Of a DNA stretch of 64,000 bases, positions 9,028 to 18,814 are shown one piece after another. Origin of the DNA: Acutalibacteraceae bacterium (lineage in GTDB: Bacteria > Bacillota > Clostridia > Oscillospirales > Acutalibacteraceae); the NCBI GenBank assembly GCA_045544815.1, contig JAZPZT010000004.1, positions 1,171-65,170 on the forward strand, given 5' to 3'. A program made the position numbers and the translations under genes. The notes under the pieces were generated by a model. That model did not search any database, was not told the origin of the DNA, and saw only the letters and a program-made list of their open reading frames with translations. Every line of letters begins with the position of its first letter. Within the stretch, counting starts at the first letter, position 1.

Positions 9028-10422
9028 TTAACCTCTATGCCACTTGACGCCCTGAGGGGTATCCTCCAGCACGATACCGCGGGCGGTCAGCTCGTCACGG
9101 ATACGGTCGGCCTCCGCCCAATTCTTCTCCTTACGAGCGGCGGTACGGGCGGCGATCAACTCCTCGATCTCGGCGTCGTCATCGCCGGCCTGGCCGCGCT
9201 CGTAGCAGAAGCCCAGCACGTCGGTGAGTTCGTCAAACAGTGCCTTGCCGCACTCAATCGTACCCTTGGTGGGGTTGGCGGTGAGCATTACGTTGATATC
9301 CTTCACCAATTCGAACAGGGCGGCGATACCGTCGGCGGTGTTCAGGTCGTCGTCCATAGCCTCGATGAACTGGTTGCGGCGTGCCTCCACCTTAGCGGCG
9401 AAGGCGGCGTCCGCCTCGCCCTCGGGAGCGTTGCCCAAAGCGAAGTCCATAGCGTTTTTGCAGTTATACAGACGATCCAGGGCGTTGATACCCTGCTGGA
9501 TGATCTCGGTGTTGTAGTTGATGGGCATACGATACGAGGAGGAAATCAGGAAGAAGCGGATGGCCTCGTAGCCGTAGACTTGTGCCACGTCACGGACGGT
9601 GAAGAAGTTGCCCAGGGACTTGGACATCTTCTTGTTGTCCACGTTGATGTAGCCATTGTGCATCCAATAGCGGGCGAAGGGTACGCCGTTGCAGCACTCG
9701 CTCTGGGCGATCTCATTCTCATGGTGGGGGAAGATCAAATCCTGACCGCCGCCGTGAATGTCAATGCTCTCGCCGAGGTAACGGCGAGCCATAGCGGAGC
9801 ACTCAATGTGCCAGCCGGGACGGCCGTCGCTCCAGGGAGAGGGCCAAGAGGGCTCCCCCTCTTTCGCCGCCTTCCACAGGGCGAAATCCAGCGGATCTTC
9901 CTTCACCTCGCCCACGGCGATACGAGCACCGGACTCCAAATCGTCGATAGGCTGGTGGGACAGCTTGCCGTACTCGTCAAACTTACGGGTGCGGAAATAC
10001 ACGTCGCCGTTTTCCGCACGGTAGGCGTAGCCGCGCTCCACCAGACGGGAGACGATGTCGATGATGGTGTCGATATTCTCGGTGGCCTTGGGATGGGTGG
10101 TAGCCTCACGCACACCCAGACCCTTGGCGTCGGTCCAGAATTCGGCGATGTACTTTTCCGCCACCTGCTCGAAGGTGATACCCTCCTCGTTGGCGCGGCG
10201 AATAATTTTATCGTCGATGTCGGTGAAGTTCTGCACGAAATTCACCTCGTAGCCACGCCACTCCAAATAGCGGCGCAGGGTGTCGAACACCACCAAAGGA
10301 CGGGCGTTACCGATGTGGATAAAATTGTACACGGTAGGGCCGCAAGCGTACAGACGAATCTTACCCTCCTCGATGGGGATGAGTTCCTCTTTCTGACGGG
10401 TCATAGTGTTATATACACGCAT
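9028..10422 (-). CDS. cysS: Cysteine--tRNA ligase
   Basis: HIGN and KMSKS class I signatures are present ([18 protein letters not shown]). The product is 464 aa. Confidence 0.96.
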   Translation of the reverse strand: MRVYNTMTRQKEELIPIEEGKIRLYACGPTVYNFIHIGNARPLVVFDTLRRYLEWRGYEVNFVQNFTDIDDKIIRRANEEGITFEQVAEKYIAEFWTDAKGLGVREATTHPKATENIDTIIDIVSRLVERGYAYRAENGDVYFRTRKFDEYGKLSHQPIDDLESGARIAVGEVKEDPLDFALWKAAKEGEPSWPSPWSDGRPGWHIECSAMARRYLGESIDIHGGGQDLIFPHHENEIAQSECCNGVPFARYWMHNGYINVDNKKMSKSLGNFFTVRDVAQVYGYEAIRFFLISSSYRMPINYNTEIIQQGINALDRLYNCKNAMDFALGNAPEGEADAAFAAKVEARRNQFIEAMDDDLNTADGIAALFELVKDINVMLTANPTKGTIECGKALFDELTDVLGFCYERGQAGDDDAEIEELIAARTAARKEKNWAEADRIRDELTARGIVLEDTPQGVKWHRG

Positions 10423-10425
10423 AGT

Positions 10426-11052
10426 TTAGTCCTCCTTATGCATTTTTTCCAATTGTTCAATCCGCTCCTCTAAGCGGCGAATCTCCTGCGCCACAGGGTC
10501 GGGTACGTGAATCTGATCCAAATCCTGCACCTTTTCCCCATCGCGGCGCACCACACGGGCAGGAATACCCACGGCGGTGCAGTTATCGGGGATGTCGGTG
10601 AGCACCACCGCGCCGGCGGCGATGCGCACGTTGTTGCCAATCTTAATCGGGCCCAACACCTTAGCGCCGGCGCCTACCATCACGTTATTGCCCAGGGTGG
10701 GATGGCGCTTGCCGGTATCCTTACCCGTACCGCCCAGGGTCACGCCCTGATAGATGGTGCAATCGTCGCCAATCTCGGTGGTCTCACCGATCACCACACC
10801 GGTGCCGTGGTCGATGAAAAAGCGGCGGCCGATGGTGGCGGCAGGGTGAATCTCGATGCCGGTGCGGCGCACACACCGCTGAGATTCCCATCGGGCAAGG
10901 AAATACAACTTGTGCCGATACAGCCAATTGGCTCGGCGATGAGAGCGCATGGCCTTGAGGCCGTTGTACAACGCCCACGCCTCAAAGGACGAGCGAGAGG
11001 CAGGGTCACGCTCACGAATGGTAGCGATGTCTTCACGTAATTGGCGGAACAT
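10426..11052 (-). CDS. cysE: Serine O-acetyltransferase
   Basis: Hexapeptide-repeat acyltransferase with the CysE N-terminal helical region (IRERDPA..., [22 protein letters not shown]). Confidence 0.93.
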   Translation of the reverse strand: MFRQLREDIATIRERDPASRSSFEAWALYNGLKAMRSHRRANWLYRHKLYFLARWESQRCVRRTGIEIHPAATIGRRFFIDHGTGVVIGETTEIGDDCTIYQGVTLGGTGKDTGKRHPTLGNNVMVGAGAKVLGPIKIGNNVRIAAGAVVLTDIPDNCTAVGIPARVVRRDGEKVQDLDQIHVPDPVAQEIRRLEERIEQLEKMHKED

Positions 11053-11080
11053 AGCAACGACTCCTTTCGTAAGATGGATA

Positions 11081-11345
11081 AAAAAGAAAACACCTCCGTT
11101 GCTCCCCGATGGGAAGCAACGGAGGTGAGAAAAAGCTCACGGTTCCACTCCGTCATTCACTCAGTAGGCTCCCAACAGAGCCCTGCCCGCTAACGGGGGC
11201 GCACCGCCGCAAGATACTGGGACGTAAATCCGTTCCCCTGCGGAGCGGATGGGTGCATTTCGCCATACCGTGCGTCGGGTTGCTCACAGCCAAGGCAATC
11301 CCTCTCTGTCACGCCGTGTGTGGGTACTTCTCCCATCCATCGCTT
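11081..11345 (-). promoter_or_regulatory. T-box leader riboswitch with Cys (UGC) specifier, controlling cysE-cysS
   Basis: Elements read on the minus strand. AGAGA box lies at plus 11301-11312. Specifier loop GAAAUGCA has its UGC at plus 11255-11257. T-box core GGAGUGGAACCGUGAG lies at plus 11136-11151. A terminator hairpin at 11091-11127 is followed by a U-run at 11081-11090. Confidence 0.85.
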
Positions 11346-11358
11346 TTCGTATACTATC

Positions 11359-11386
11359 ATTATATACGGAAAATCCGATTTGTCTA
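11359..11386 (-). promoter_or_regulatory. Candidate sigma-A promoter driving the Cys T-box leader
   Basis: On the minus strand: TAGACA, a 16-nt spacer, then TATAAT, immediately after the pgsA stop. Confidence 0.5.
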
Positions 11387-11394
11387 CTACTTTT

Positions 11395-11982
11395 TTACTT
11401 TTCTTCCTTGAAATAATGGCGCAGTTGCCAAATGTACTGAATGCCGGACACCACGGTGGCCACCACCGCAATCCAAATAAAGACAAGGCCGATACGGCTG
11501 CCCCACAAAATGCCGGTAGTGCCGAGCACCTCGCGTACAGCAACAAAACGGATGGCCTGACGGAACGCCAACATGTAGATGATGGACACCATCTGCATCA
11601 CCGTCTTCAGCTTGCCACTGAAAGAAGCGGCCACGACCACACCGTCCTTGGCGGCCAACAGGCGCACCGAGGTCACCGCAAACTCACGAGCCAGAATGAT
11701 AAACAGTGCCCAAGGCAGACTACGGCTGGAAATCATATACACAAACCCGATGAAAGCGGCAGTGGTTAGCATCTTGTCAGCCAGAGGGTCCAAGAACTTG
11801 CCCAAATTGGTAATCAGATTGCGCTTGCGAGCAATCTTGCCGTCAAAATAATCGGTCAAAGAGGCGATGATAAAGACAAGCAGCGCCACACCATAGTGCA
11901 AAGGAAAATCAATCACAACACAAGCGAAAAAAACAGGGGTCAAAATGCAACGAATCAGGGTCAGTTTGTTCGGTAAATTCAT
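11395..11982 (-). CDS. pgsA: CDP-diacylglycerol--glycerol-3-phosphate 3-phosphatidyltransferase
   Basis: CDP-alcohol phosphatidyltransferase motif DYFDGKIARK...GKFLDPLADK. The product is 195 aa. Confidence 0.92.
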   Translation of the reverse strand: MNLPNKLTLIRCILTPVFFACVVIDFPLHYGVALLVFIIASLTDYFDGKIARKRNLITNLGKFLDPLADKMLTTAAFIGFVYMISSRSLPWALFIILAREFAVTSVRLLAAKDGVVVAASFSGKLKTVMQMVSIIYMLAFRQAIRFVAVREVLGTTGILWGSRIGLVFIWIAVVATVVSGIQYIWQLRHYFKEEK

Positions 11983-13307
11983 ACTTTCATCTCTCCTATC
12001 AAATCCCAGTCCATAGTATCCAAAATTTCAACCTCTACCATATCGCCCGTCTGTACGGGACGGGTAGCGGTAAAAAACACTTTGCCATCAATGTCGGGTG
12101 CGTCCGCCGCAGTGCGGCCGAACCAACACTCCGCGTAACGGTCGAAACTCTCCACCAGCACGGTGACGGTCTTGCCAATCATCCCCTCGTTGTAAGCATC
12201 GGAGATACGGCTCTGCTCCTCCATCACCACGTCGCGGCGGCGGTATTTCACCTCGTCCTCTATCTGGTTAGGCATATCGTAGGCAGGGGTGTCCTCCTCC
12301 GGAGAGAAGGCGAAGCAGCCCAGCCGCTGGAATTGAGCGGTCTGGATAAACTCGCACAACTCCTCAAAATCCTCCTCCGTCTCGCCGGGGAAGCCCACCA
12401 TCACGGTGGTGCGTAAGGTGATATCCGGCACAGCGGCACGAATGCGCTCGATGAGAGCGGTGAGGCTCTCCCGATTGCCGGGGCGATGCATGCCCTTGAG
12501 GACGTTGCCGGCGGCATGCTGCAACGGAATATCCATATAGTGGAGCACCTTCTCCTCCTTCGCCATCACAGCGAGCAGCTCGTCGGTGATGTGCTCGGGA
12601 TAGCAGTACAGTAGACGAATCCACTTTAGGTCCTCAATTTGGCACAATTCCGTAAGCAGCTGCGGCAGGCGGCTCTCGCCGTAGAGGTCACGTCCGTAGA
12701 CGGTGGTATCCTGTGCCACCAGCACCAACTCTTTGACACCCGTAGCCACCAACGCACGAGCCTCTGCCACAACGCTCTCCATAGGGCGGCTGCGGAGATT
12801 GCCACGGATATTGGGGATGGCGCAGTAAGCGCAACGGTTATCGCACCCGTCGGCAATACGCAGATAGGCGAAGAAATGGGGCGTGGTGAGCACACGAGAG
12901 CCCTCTAAACACCAACTCTCACGGGAGGGGAAGGAGCGAACGGTCTCCCCTGCCATCACCTGCTCCACCACGGCGGCAATGTCGCCATTGGCGCCGAGGC
13001 CGAGGACGGCGTCACACTCGGGGATCTCATCCGCCAACTCCTGCTGATAGCGCTGTGCCAAACAGCCCGTGACGATAATCTTCTTGATCTGCTTTTCTTT
13101 TTTGAGTTGAGCAAATTCCAAAATATTCTCGATGGACTCCTGTTTGGCGTCGGCGATAAAGCCGCAGGTGTTGACAATCACCACGTCGGCATAGCCGCTG
13201 TCAGAGGTAATCTCATACCCTGCTTCGGACAGGGAAGCCAACATCAATTCGGCGTCCATTTGGTTTTTGGGGCATCCCAGGGATACCATACCCACTTTGA
13301 TTGCCAT
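11979..13307 (-). CDS. rimO: Ribosomal protein S12 methylthiotransferase RimO
   Basis: It has an MTTase N-domain (VSLGCPKNQMD), a radical SAM CxxxCxxC (CDNRCAYCAIP) and a TRAM C-terminus. The ATG at 13307 follows a GAGGAG RBS and is preferred over the track start. Confidence 0.88.
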   Translation of the reverse strand: MAIKVGMVSLGCPKNQMDAELMLASLSEAGYEITSDSGYADVVIVNTCGFIADAKQESIENILEFAQLKKEKQIKKIIVTGCLAQRYQQELADEIPECDAVLGLGANGDIAAVVEQVMAGETVRSFPSRESWCLEGSRVLTTPHFFAYLRIADGCDNRCAYCAIPNIRGNLRSRPMESVVAEARALVATGVKELVLVAQDTTVYGRDLYGESRLPQLLTELCQIEDLKWIRLLYCYPEHITDELLAVMAKEEKVLHYMDIPLQHAAGNVLKGMHRPGNRESLTALIERIRAAVPDITLRTTVMVGFPGETEEDFEELCEFIQTAQFQRLGCFAFSPEEDTPAYDMPNQIEDEVKYRRRDVVMEEQSRISDAYNEGMIGKTVTVLVESFDRYAECWFGRTAADAPDIDGKVFFTATRPVQTGDMVEVEILDTMDWDLIGEMKV

Positions 13308-13311
13308 AATG

Positions 13312-13929
13312 TTACTCCTCGTCATCCGGGGCGCCCATCTCATCCATCGCGCGGCGAATCGCCCCGTAACTAAACCCGCGGCGTGCCAGCGCCGCAATCA
13401 CACGACGGCGGCTGTCGGGGTCGTTCAGTTTATTATAATACTTTTTTTGCAATAATGCAAGGGCTTGTTCAAAGTCCTCCCCTTCTAAGTCGGAGACGAC
13501 AGCTTGTACCAGCCCATTGGAAATACCGCGGCGGCGCAATTCCTGCTCGATACGGCGGCGGGGATAGTGCTTCCCCTCGCTCAAGGAGCGCGCCAGACGG
13601 GCGGCATAGCGCTCGTCATCCAGCAGTCCCACCTCCCGCAGGCGCTCCACCACGGCGGCGGCGATGGCGGGCGGCGCTTCGGTGTATAGCTTCTGTTCCA
13701 ACTCGTGGCAGGAATAGTCACGCAATCCCAACAGATACAGCGCGCGCTCTCTGGCGCGGTTGCGCTGAGAGGTGGCGAGAAGGCCATTCAGTTGTTCCTC
13801 GGACAGGTCGCTGCCCTCACGATAGGCGGACTCGTCGAAGGTGGTCACGTCCACCTCCATCGGGTCTGCGCCCTCCAACTCCAGCCGATACAAGCGGCGG
13901 CGCAAGCGAGAAACGGAAAGAATTTTCAT
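13312..13929 (-). CDS. recX: Recombination regulator RecX
   Basis: Triple helical-repeat protein lying directly downstream of recA (ALYLLGLRDYSCHELEQKL..., RRGFSY). The exact start is uncertain: ATG at 13929 versus TTG at 13956. Confidence 0.85.
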   Translation of the reverse strand: MKILSVSRLRRRLYRLELEGADPMEVDVTTFDESAYREGSDLSEEQLNGLLATSQRNRARERALYLLGLRDYSCHELEQKLYTEAPPAIAAAVVERLREVGLLDDERYAARLARSLSEGKHYPRRRIEQELRRRGISNGLVQAVVSDLEGEDFEQALALLQKKYYNKLNDPDSRRRVIAALARRGFSYGAIRRAMDEMGAPDDEE

Positions 13930-13998
13930 ACTATCACCCAATCGGTAAAAATACAAACAGGCAGGAGAGAAACTCTCTCCTGCCTATGGGGTTTACAA

Positions 13999-15153
13999 TC
14001 AATCGTCCACAACGATGTCAATCTGCGCCTTTGCGGCGGCAGAGGTCACCGACGGAGCGGTGGCCAAAGGAATCTCTACGGGGGCCGGAGCGGCACTCAC
14101 AGAGGTGCGGGCACCGGGCACCAACTTGTCCAAATTGGCACGGACGGCGGCCTCAATCTCGGCGCACAGCTCGGGATGCTCACGGAGATAATCGCGGGCG
14201 TTGTCACGACCCTGAGCGATACGCTCGCCCTTATAGCCGAACCAAGAGCCGGATTTTTCCACGATGTCCAGCTTGACCGCCAGATCCAGCAGCTCGCTCT
14301 CTTTCGAGATACCGATGCCGTACAACACGTCAAACTCCGCCTGCTTAAAGGGAGGCGCCAGTTTATTCTTCACAACCTTAACGCGAGTGTGGGAGCCCAC
14401 GGCGTCGGCGCCGCTCTTGAGGGTCTCGGTGCGGCGCACATCCAGACGGACGGAGGCGTAGTATTTCAGGGCGTTACCGCCGCTGGTGACCTCGGGATTG
14501 CCGTACACCACGCCCACCTTCAGGCGCAACTGATTGATAAACAGGGCGATACAATTGGACTTGGACACCGCAGGAGCCAGCTTACGCATAGCCTGAGACA
14601 TCAGACGCGCCTGCAGACCCACGTGGGCGTCGCCCATCTCGCCCTCGATCTCGGCACGGGGCACCAAGGCGGCCACAGAGTCGAGCACCACGATATCCAC
14701 GGCGCCGGAGCGAATCAGCGCCTCCATAATCTCCAGCGCCTGCTCACCCGTATCGGGCTGGGACACCAGCAGAGAATCCACGTCCACACCCAGCGCACGG
14801 GCGTAAACAGGATCGAGCGCGTGCTCCACGTCAATGAAAGCGGCCTCGCCGCCCATCTTCTGGCACTCGGCCACGGCGTGGAGAGCCAAAGTGGTTTTAC
14901 CCGAAGCTTCGGGTCCGTAAATCTCAATAATACGGCCGCGAGGCAGGCCACCGATACCCAGAGCGGCGTCCAGCGCAATGGAGCCGGTGGGGACGGCATC
15001 CACCGTCATCTTGGTGTTCTCGCCCAGACGCATAATGGAACCCTTGCCATACTGCTTCTCAATCTGGGCCATAGCCATTTCCAGCGCCTTTTGACGCTCG
15101 CTGCGGTCGGAGACCGCCTCAGTAGACTTCTTCTTATCAGCCTTTGCTGCCAT
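13999..15153 (-). CDS. recA: Recombinase RecA
   Basis: Motifs [10 protein letters not shown] (Walker A), [10 protein letters not shown] and VVLDSVAAL are present. The ATG at 15153 lies 8 nt after AAAGGA. Confidence 0.97.
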   Translation of the reverse strand: MAAKADKKKSTEAVSDRSERQKALEMAMAQIEKQYGKGSIMRLGENTKMTVDAVPTGSIALDAALGIGGLPRGRIIEIYGPEASGKTTLALHAVAECQKMGGEAAFIDVEHALDPVYARALGVDVDSLLVSQPDTGEQALEIMEALIRSGAVDIVVLDSVAALVPRAEIEGEMGDAHVGLQARLMSQAMRKLAPAVSKSNCIALFINQLRLKVGVVYGNPEVTSGGNALKYYASVRLDVRRTETLKSGADAVGSHTRVKVVKNKLAPPFKQAEFDVLYGIGISKESELLDLAVKLDIVEKSGSWFGYKGERIAQGRDNARDYLREHPELCAEIEAAVRANLDKLVPGARTSVSAAPAPVEIPLATAPSVTSAAAKAQIDIVVDD

Positions 15154-15189
15154 TGTAATCATCCTTTCGTGGAGTCACTCATTGGTCAC

Positions 15190-15218
15190 ATTGTAACACA
15201 GGTTTTTACAAAATGCAA
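15190..15218 (-). promoter_or_regulatory. Candidate recA promoter
   Basis: On the minus strand: TTGCAT, a 17-nt spacer, then TACAAT with an upstream TG (extended -10). Confidence 0.55.
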
Positions 15219-15227
15219 GAGATTTTT

Positions 15228-15241
15228 CGAACATTTGTTTG
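15228..15241. promoter_or_regulatory. LexA (Cheo/SOS) box upstream of recA
   Basis: CGAACATTTGTTTG compared with the Firmicute consensus CGAAC-N4-GTTCG. It lies about 10 nt upstream of the -35. Confidence 0.65.
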
Positions 15242-15247
15242 TAATTT

Positions 15248-16087
15248 TTATTTTCGAGCCAAAACCACACGGGGCACACCGCCCAAATCGGTGAAAATCC
15301 CAGTGTTTCCAAGGCCTTGCGCCCTAAAAATAGCCGCCACGTCCTGTGCCTGTCCGATACCGACCTCTACGGCCACAAACCCGTCGGGAGACAGTTTTTC
15401 GCACCAATGTTCGGCAATCGTTCGATAAAAAGTCAGACCGTCGGCGGTGCCGTCCAGCGCCATTTTCGGCTCGTGCTGTACCTCCCGTTGCAGATGGGGT
15501 AAGTCGGCAGTGGGGATATATGGCGGATTGGAGAGAATGGCGTCGTAGAAGCCGTCAAAAGCGGCGTAATCCGCCAGCACGTCCGCCTGACGGACGGTGA
15601 CGGCGTAATCGGGATACCGCAACACGTTCTCACGCAGATACGGCAGGGCGTCGGCGGACAACTCCACCTCGGTGACCACTGCAGAGGGGCACAGCGACGC
15701 AACGCCCAACCCCACGCAACCGCTGCCGGCGCACAAATCCAGCACCCGAGGAGCGGTTTTGCCACGCAGTTGTTCGGCCGCCACCTCGCAAAGTAGTTCG
15801 GTATCAGGACGGGGAATCAGCACACCCTCCCCCACCTTGAGGGTCAGAGCAAGAAACTCCCACTCACCCAAAATATACTGCAAGGGTCTGCCGGCGGCAC
15901 GCTGTGCCACGGCGGTCTCCAAAGCGGATTCCTGCTCGGCGGTCAACGGCGTATCGTCCGCCGCCCGACCACGGGGCAGACCGCCCAAATCCTCTAACAG
16001 ACAACGGGCGTCAAATGCGGCATCCTCGCACCCTGCGGCGGCAAGGCGCGCGGTAGCGGCGGTCAGCCAGTCGCGGCGGCTTACCAC
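15248..16087 (-). CDS. prmC: Peptide chain release factor N5-glutamine methyltransferase PrmC (HemK)
   Basis: It has the NPPY motif (ILSNPPYIP) and a SAM-binding segment VLDLCAGSG. The GTG start overlaps the upstream stop. Confidence 0.9.
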   Translation of the reverse strand: MVSRRDWLTAATARLAAAGCEDAAFDARCLLEDLGGLPRGRAADDTPLTAEQESALETAVAQRAAGRPLQYILGEWEFLALTLKVGEGVLIPRPDTELLCEVAAEQLRGKTAPRVLDLCAGSGCVGLGVASLCPSAVVTEVELSADALPYLRENVLRYPDYAVTVRQADVLADYAAFDGFYDAILSNPPYIPTADLPHLQREVQHEPKMALDGTADGLTFYRTIAEHWCEKLSPDGFVAVEVGIGQAQDVAAIFRAQGLGNTGIFTDLGGVPRVVLARK

Positions 16088-17094
16088 CGGTCGGCCTCGC
16101 CGTCCTCGGGGATGACGGCCTCCAGAGCCTTAATCGCGCACTCGATCATCGAATCGTCCGGCTCTACGGTGGTAATGTGCTGCACCCACACGCCGGGCTT
16201 GGAAATGAAGCGAGTAAACCAGTTGTCCTTGCGGCCGGCCAGCTTAATCAGCTCATAGCCGATACCCACGGTGAGGGGTAACAGCAATAATTTCACAATG
16301 GTGCGAATGATGGTGTTGTCAATGGGAATCAGGATGGAGATAAAGATACCCACAATCAACATCAGAATCATAAAAGAGGTGCCGCAACGGGGATGGAAGC
16401 GCTTCTGCTTGCGCACGTTTTCCACCGTCAGGGGCAGACCCTTTTCGTAGCAGAAGATGGTCTTATGCTCCGCACCGTGATACATAAAGGTGCGGCGAAT
16501 GTCCTTCATACGGGAGACGGCAATCATATAGCCGAGGAAAATGAGCAGACGCAACACACCCTCAAAGATACCACGGGTCACCTGATAGGCAGAGGTGCCC
16601 TCGGTGAAATTGGGAATCAGCGGTGCCAGCGCCTTAAACAGCACGGTGGGCAACCACATAAACAGCACCAGAGACAGCGCCACGCCCAGCACCATACCGA
16701 TGACCATCACCACGTTCATCAGAGCCTCCGCCTTCTTCTTGTTTTTCTCGGCGGCGACGGTTTTTTCCTCCTCCGACACCTCTTTGTCGGCGGATTCCTC
16801 CTCCATGGCGTCCTCCAATTCTTCCTCAATGCCACTCATCTCGGCGGATTTCATCAGGCACTTCATACCCATCGTCATAGAATCGATGAAACCGAACACG
16901 CCGCGAATCAGAGGCCATTTGGTGATGGCCCAGCGCTTATTGGTGGGGTTCTCCCACTCCTCCATACGGATCTCGCCGCTGGTGTGGCGCACCGCCATTG
17001 CGGTACGCTCAGGGCCGCGCATCATCACGCCCTCAATCAGCGCCTGTCCGCCGATGGAGGTCTTTTTCAGTACACATTCTTGCTGTTTGCTCAT
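16081..17094 (-). CDS. DUF1385-family membrane protein (YqhQ-like)
   Basis: SIGGQALIEGVMMRG..., GAEHK motif and C-terminal TM helices are present. Its position upstream of prmC is the usual one. Confidence 0.82.
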   Translation of the reverse strand: MSKQQECVLKKTSIGGQALIEGVMMRGPERTAMAVRHTSGEIRMEEWENPTNKRWAITKWPLIRGVFGFIDSMTMGMKCLMKSAEMSGIEEELEDAMEEESADKEVSEEEKTVAAEKNKKKAEALMNVVMVIGMVLGVALSLVLFMWLPTVLFKALAPLIPNFTEGTSAYQVTRGIFEGVLRLLIFLGYMIAVSRMKDIRRTFMYHGAEHKTIFCYEKGLPLTVENVRKQKRFHPRCGTSFMILMLIVGIFISILIPIDNTIIRTIVKLLLLPLTVGIGYELIKLAGRKDNWFTRFISKPGVWVQHITTVEPDDSMIECAIKALEAVIPEDGEADRW

Positions 17095-17109
17095 AATCAA
17101 ATTCCTTTC

Positions 17110-17631
17110 TCACGCTCTCAGGAGCGCTTGTCTTTGCTTATAATCGGGCATCACCTGCGCCACCGCAGCCCAGAAGGCGGCGCTGTGGTCGTGGTGCAGG
17201 ATGTGAATCAGTTCGTGGATAATCACGTAGTCGATGGCTTCAGGCGGATACTGCATCAGCCGCCAAGAGAAACAGAGGGAGTTTTTACCGCTGCAAGAGC
17301 CGAATCGCTTGCGTGCGGAGGTGATTTTCACCCCTGTGGGTGTGACGCCCACCAGCGGCGCTAATTGCGCCACACGGCGAGGAATATATTCCTTCGCCAA
17401 AGCACGCAACCGCGCCTCTTCCTCCGGCGTCACCTCTCGGGCGGCGGCGGCTTCGGCACGGCGGGCCTGAATGGCCAAATGCTTGGCAATCCAATCCTCG
17501 TGCCGTGTGACGAAACCCTCAATCTGCCGCATACTGCACCGCCGTGGCGCACGCACCAGCACACGCAGGTCGGCGGTAATCTCCAGCCCCAAGGTGCGGC
17601 GGGAGGAGCGAATCAGCTCGTACTCAATCAT
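17110..17631 (-). CDS. YgjP/DUF45-type (SprT-like, M48-related) zinc metallopeptidase
   Basis: It carries the HExxH motif (IIHELIHILHHDH). The ATG at 17631 overlaps the upstream WYL gene by 8 nt. Confidence 0.78.
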   Translation of the reverse strand: MIEYELIRSSRRTLGLEITADLRVLVRAPRRCSMRQIEGFVTRHEDWIAKHLAIQARRAEAAAAREVTPEEEARLRALAKEYIPRRVAQLAPLVGVTPTGVKITSARKRFGSCSGKNSLCFSWRLMQYPPEAIDYVIIHELIHILHHDHSAAFWAAVAQVMPDYKQRQALLRA

Positions 17632-18616
17632 GGCCGTATCCTGCCAAAATGTCGGTGAGATAGGCCACGTATTCCGCCGCCACAGCGGCAGGGGCAATCA
17701 GGCGAATATCCCGCTCAAAACCCGACAGCCACGCAAAGAAAGGCGGGCTGACCACCACCGGCACGTGAACGGTGAAATGCTCCTCCCCATCGGGGATGAG
17801 AGCCGTATCGGTGCCAAACTGGTCGAGAATAATGCCGGCCATCCGCTTGCGGCAGCGCAGGGTGACGCGCTGCTCCTGACCGCCGAACATACCAAAGGTC
17901 TGACGGCTGTAGGCACCCATATCTTGGCTGCGAAACGCCGCCTCGCCCTCACGAGGCAGATCGGTGACACGAATGCGCAACATACGATCCACACGATAGT
18001 GGCGCAGAGAACCTTTGGCGCTGTCGTAAGCCACCAAATAATAGTTTTCGTCGTCCCACACCATCGCCCAGGGGCTGACGGTGTAGAGGGCGCCGTCGTG
18101 GCGCAGATGTTGCTTTTTGTCCATACCCCAGTCAAAATACTGGAAGGTAACCTGACGGCCGGCGGCGATGGCGGATTGCAGACTATCCACGTTGTAGTAG
18201 ATACTCTCATTCATATTCTTGATACGGCCGCTGACCACCACCTCACGCTGTAGCTGACCTGCCAAATGGCGGCTGGTCAGGCTCTCCAAACGACGAATCA
18301 GCTCCTCGCTCTTCTTCCGCGTGATGAACTTGGAGGATTGCACCGCATCCACCAGCAGACGCAACTGGGGCATATCCAAGGTGCGCTCGCCGATGTAATA
18401 CCGCACGGTGGTATCCCGCACGGTGATGATATCCTCGCCCATCAGGCGCAACTGCTCGATATCGTCGTACAGGCTCTTGCGCTCGGCGGAAACGCCCTTT
18501 TGCGCCAGCAGGTCGATAATCTGCTTTAGGCTCAAGGGGTGCTCCTCATCGGTCTCACGGCGGAGTATCTCCAAGAGGTACAACATCTTCAGTTTTTGGT
18601 TGGCTTGTCGTGCCAT
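17624..18616 (-). CDS. WYL-domain transcriptional regulator (wHTH-WYL-WCX architecture)
   Basis: It has an N-terminal wHTH (KLKMLYLLEILRRETDEEHPLSLKQI), a central WYL-like beta domain (YTVSPWAMVWDDENYYLVAYD) and a C-terminal extension. The product is 330 aa. Confidence 0.8.
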   Translation of the reverse strand: MARQANQKLKMLYLLEILRRETDEEHPLSLKQIIDLLAQKGVSAERKSLYDDIEQLRLMGEDIITVRDTTVRYYIGERTLDMPQLRLLVDAVQSSKFITRKKSEELIRRLESLTSRHLAGQLQREVVVSGRIKNMNESIYYNVDSLQSAIAAGRQVTFQYFDWGMDKKQHLRHDGALYTVSPWAMVWDDENYYLVAYDSAKGSLRHYRVDRMLRIRVTDLPREGEAAFRSQDMGAYSRQTFGMFGGQEQRVTLRCRKRMAGIILDQFGTDTALIPDGEEHFTVHVPVVVSPPFFAWLSGFERDIRLIAPAAVAAEYVAYLTDILAGYGHD

Positions 18617-18644
18617 ATTGCACCTCCGTGGAGTTGTTGCTCAT

Positions 18645-18692
18645 AGTATAGCACAAGCATTGTACCATTTTCAACCCAATCAGTATAGCACA
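18645..18692 (-). promoter_or_regulatory. Two 11-nt direct repeats AGTATAGCACA (18645-18655, 18682-18692) upstream of the WYL gene
   Basis: The repeat is exact, with the two copies starting 37 bp apart. On the minus strand each copy reads TGTGCTATACT, which contains an extended -10-like TGcTATACT. A TTGAAA lies 18 nt upstream of the proximal copy. Confidence 0.45.
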
Positions 18693-18749
18693 GCAAAAGA
18701 AGAAATGGAAGAAGAAATTGTGAATTTTTATTGGTTAATTAAATAAAGA

Positions 18750-18778
18750 TTGCATAATAGGCTAAAATATGGTAGAAT
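18750..18778 (+). promoter_or_regulatory. Candidate mtnN promoter
   Basis: TTGCAT, a 17-nt spacer, then TAGAAT with an upstream TG. Confidence 0.5.
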
Positions 18779-18814
18779 AAGGGGTAGTTTATCACGAAAA
18801 AGGAGTACACGCTT

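Noticed and set aside
9037-10473. 478-aa plus-strand ORF
   Set aside because: It lies entirely antisense to the unmistakable cysS gene. The translation is low-complexity (G/V/L/H/D rich) and there is no RBS. This is a typical shadow ORF of high-GC coding DNA.
13705-15294. 529-aa plus-strand ORF
   Set aside because: It is antisense to recX and recA, with a low-complexity translation and no start context.
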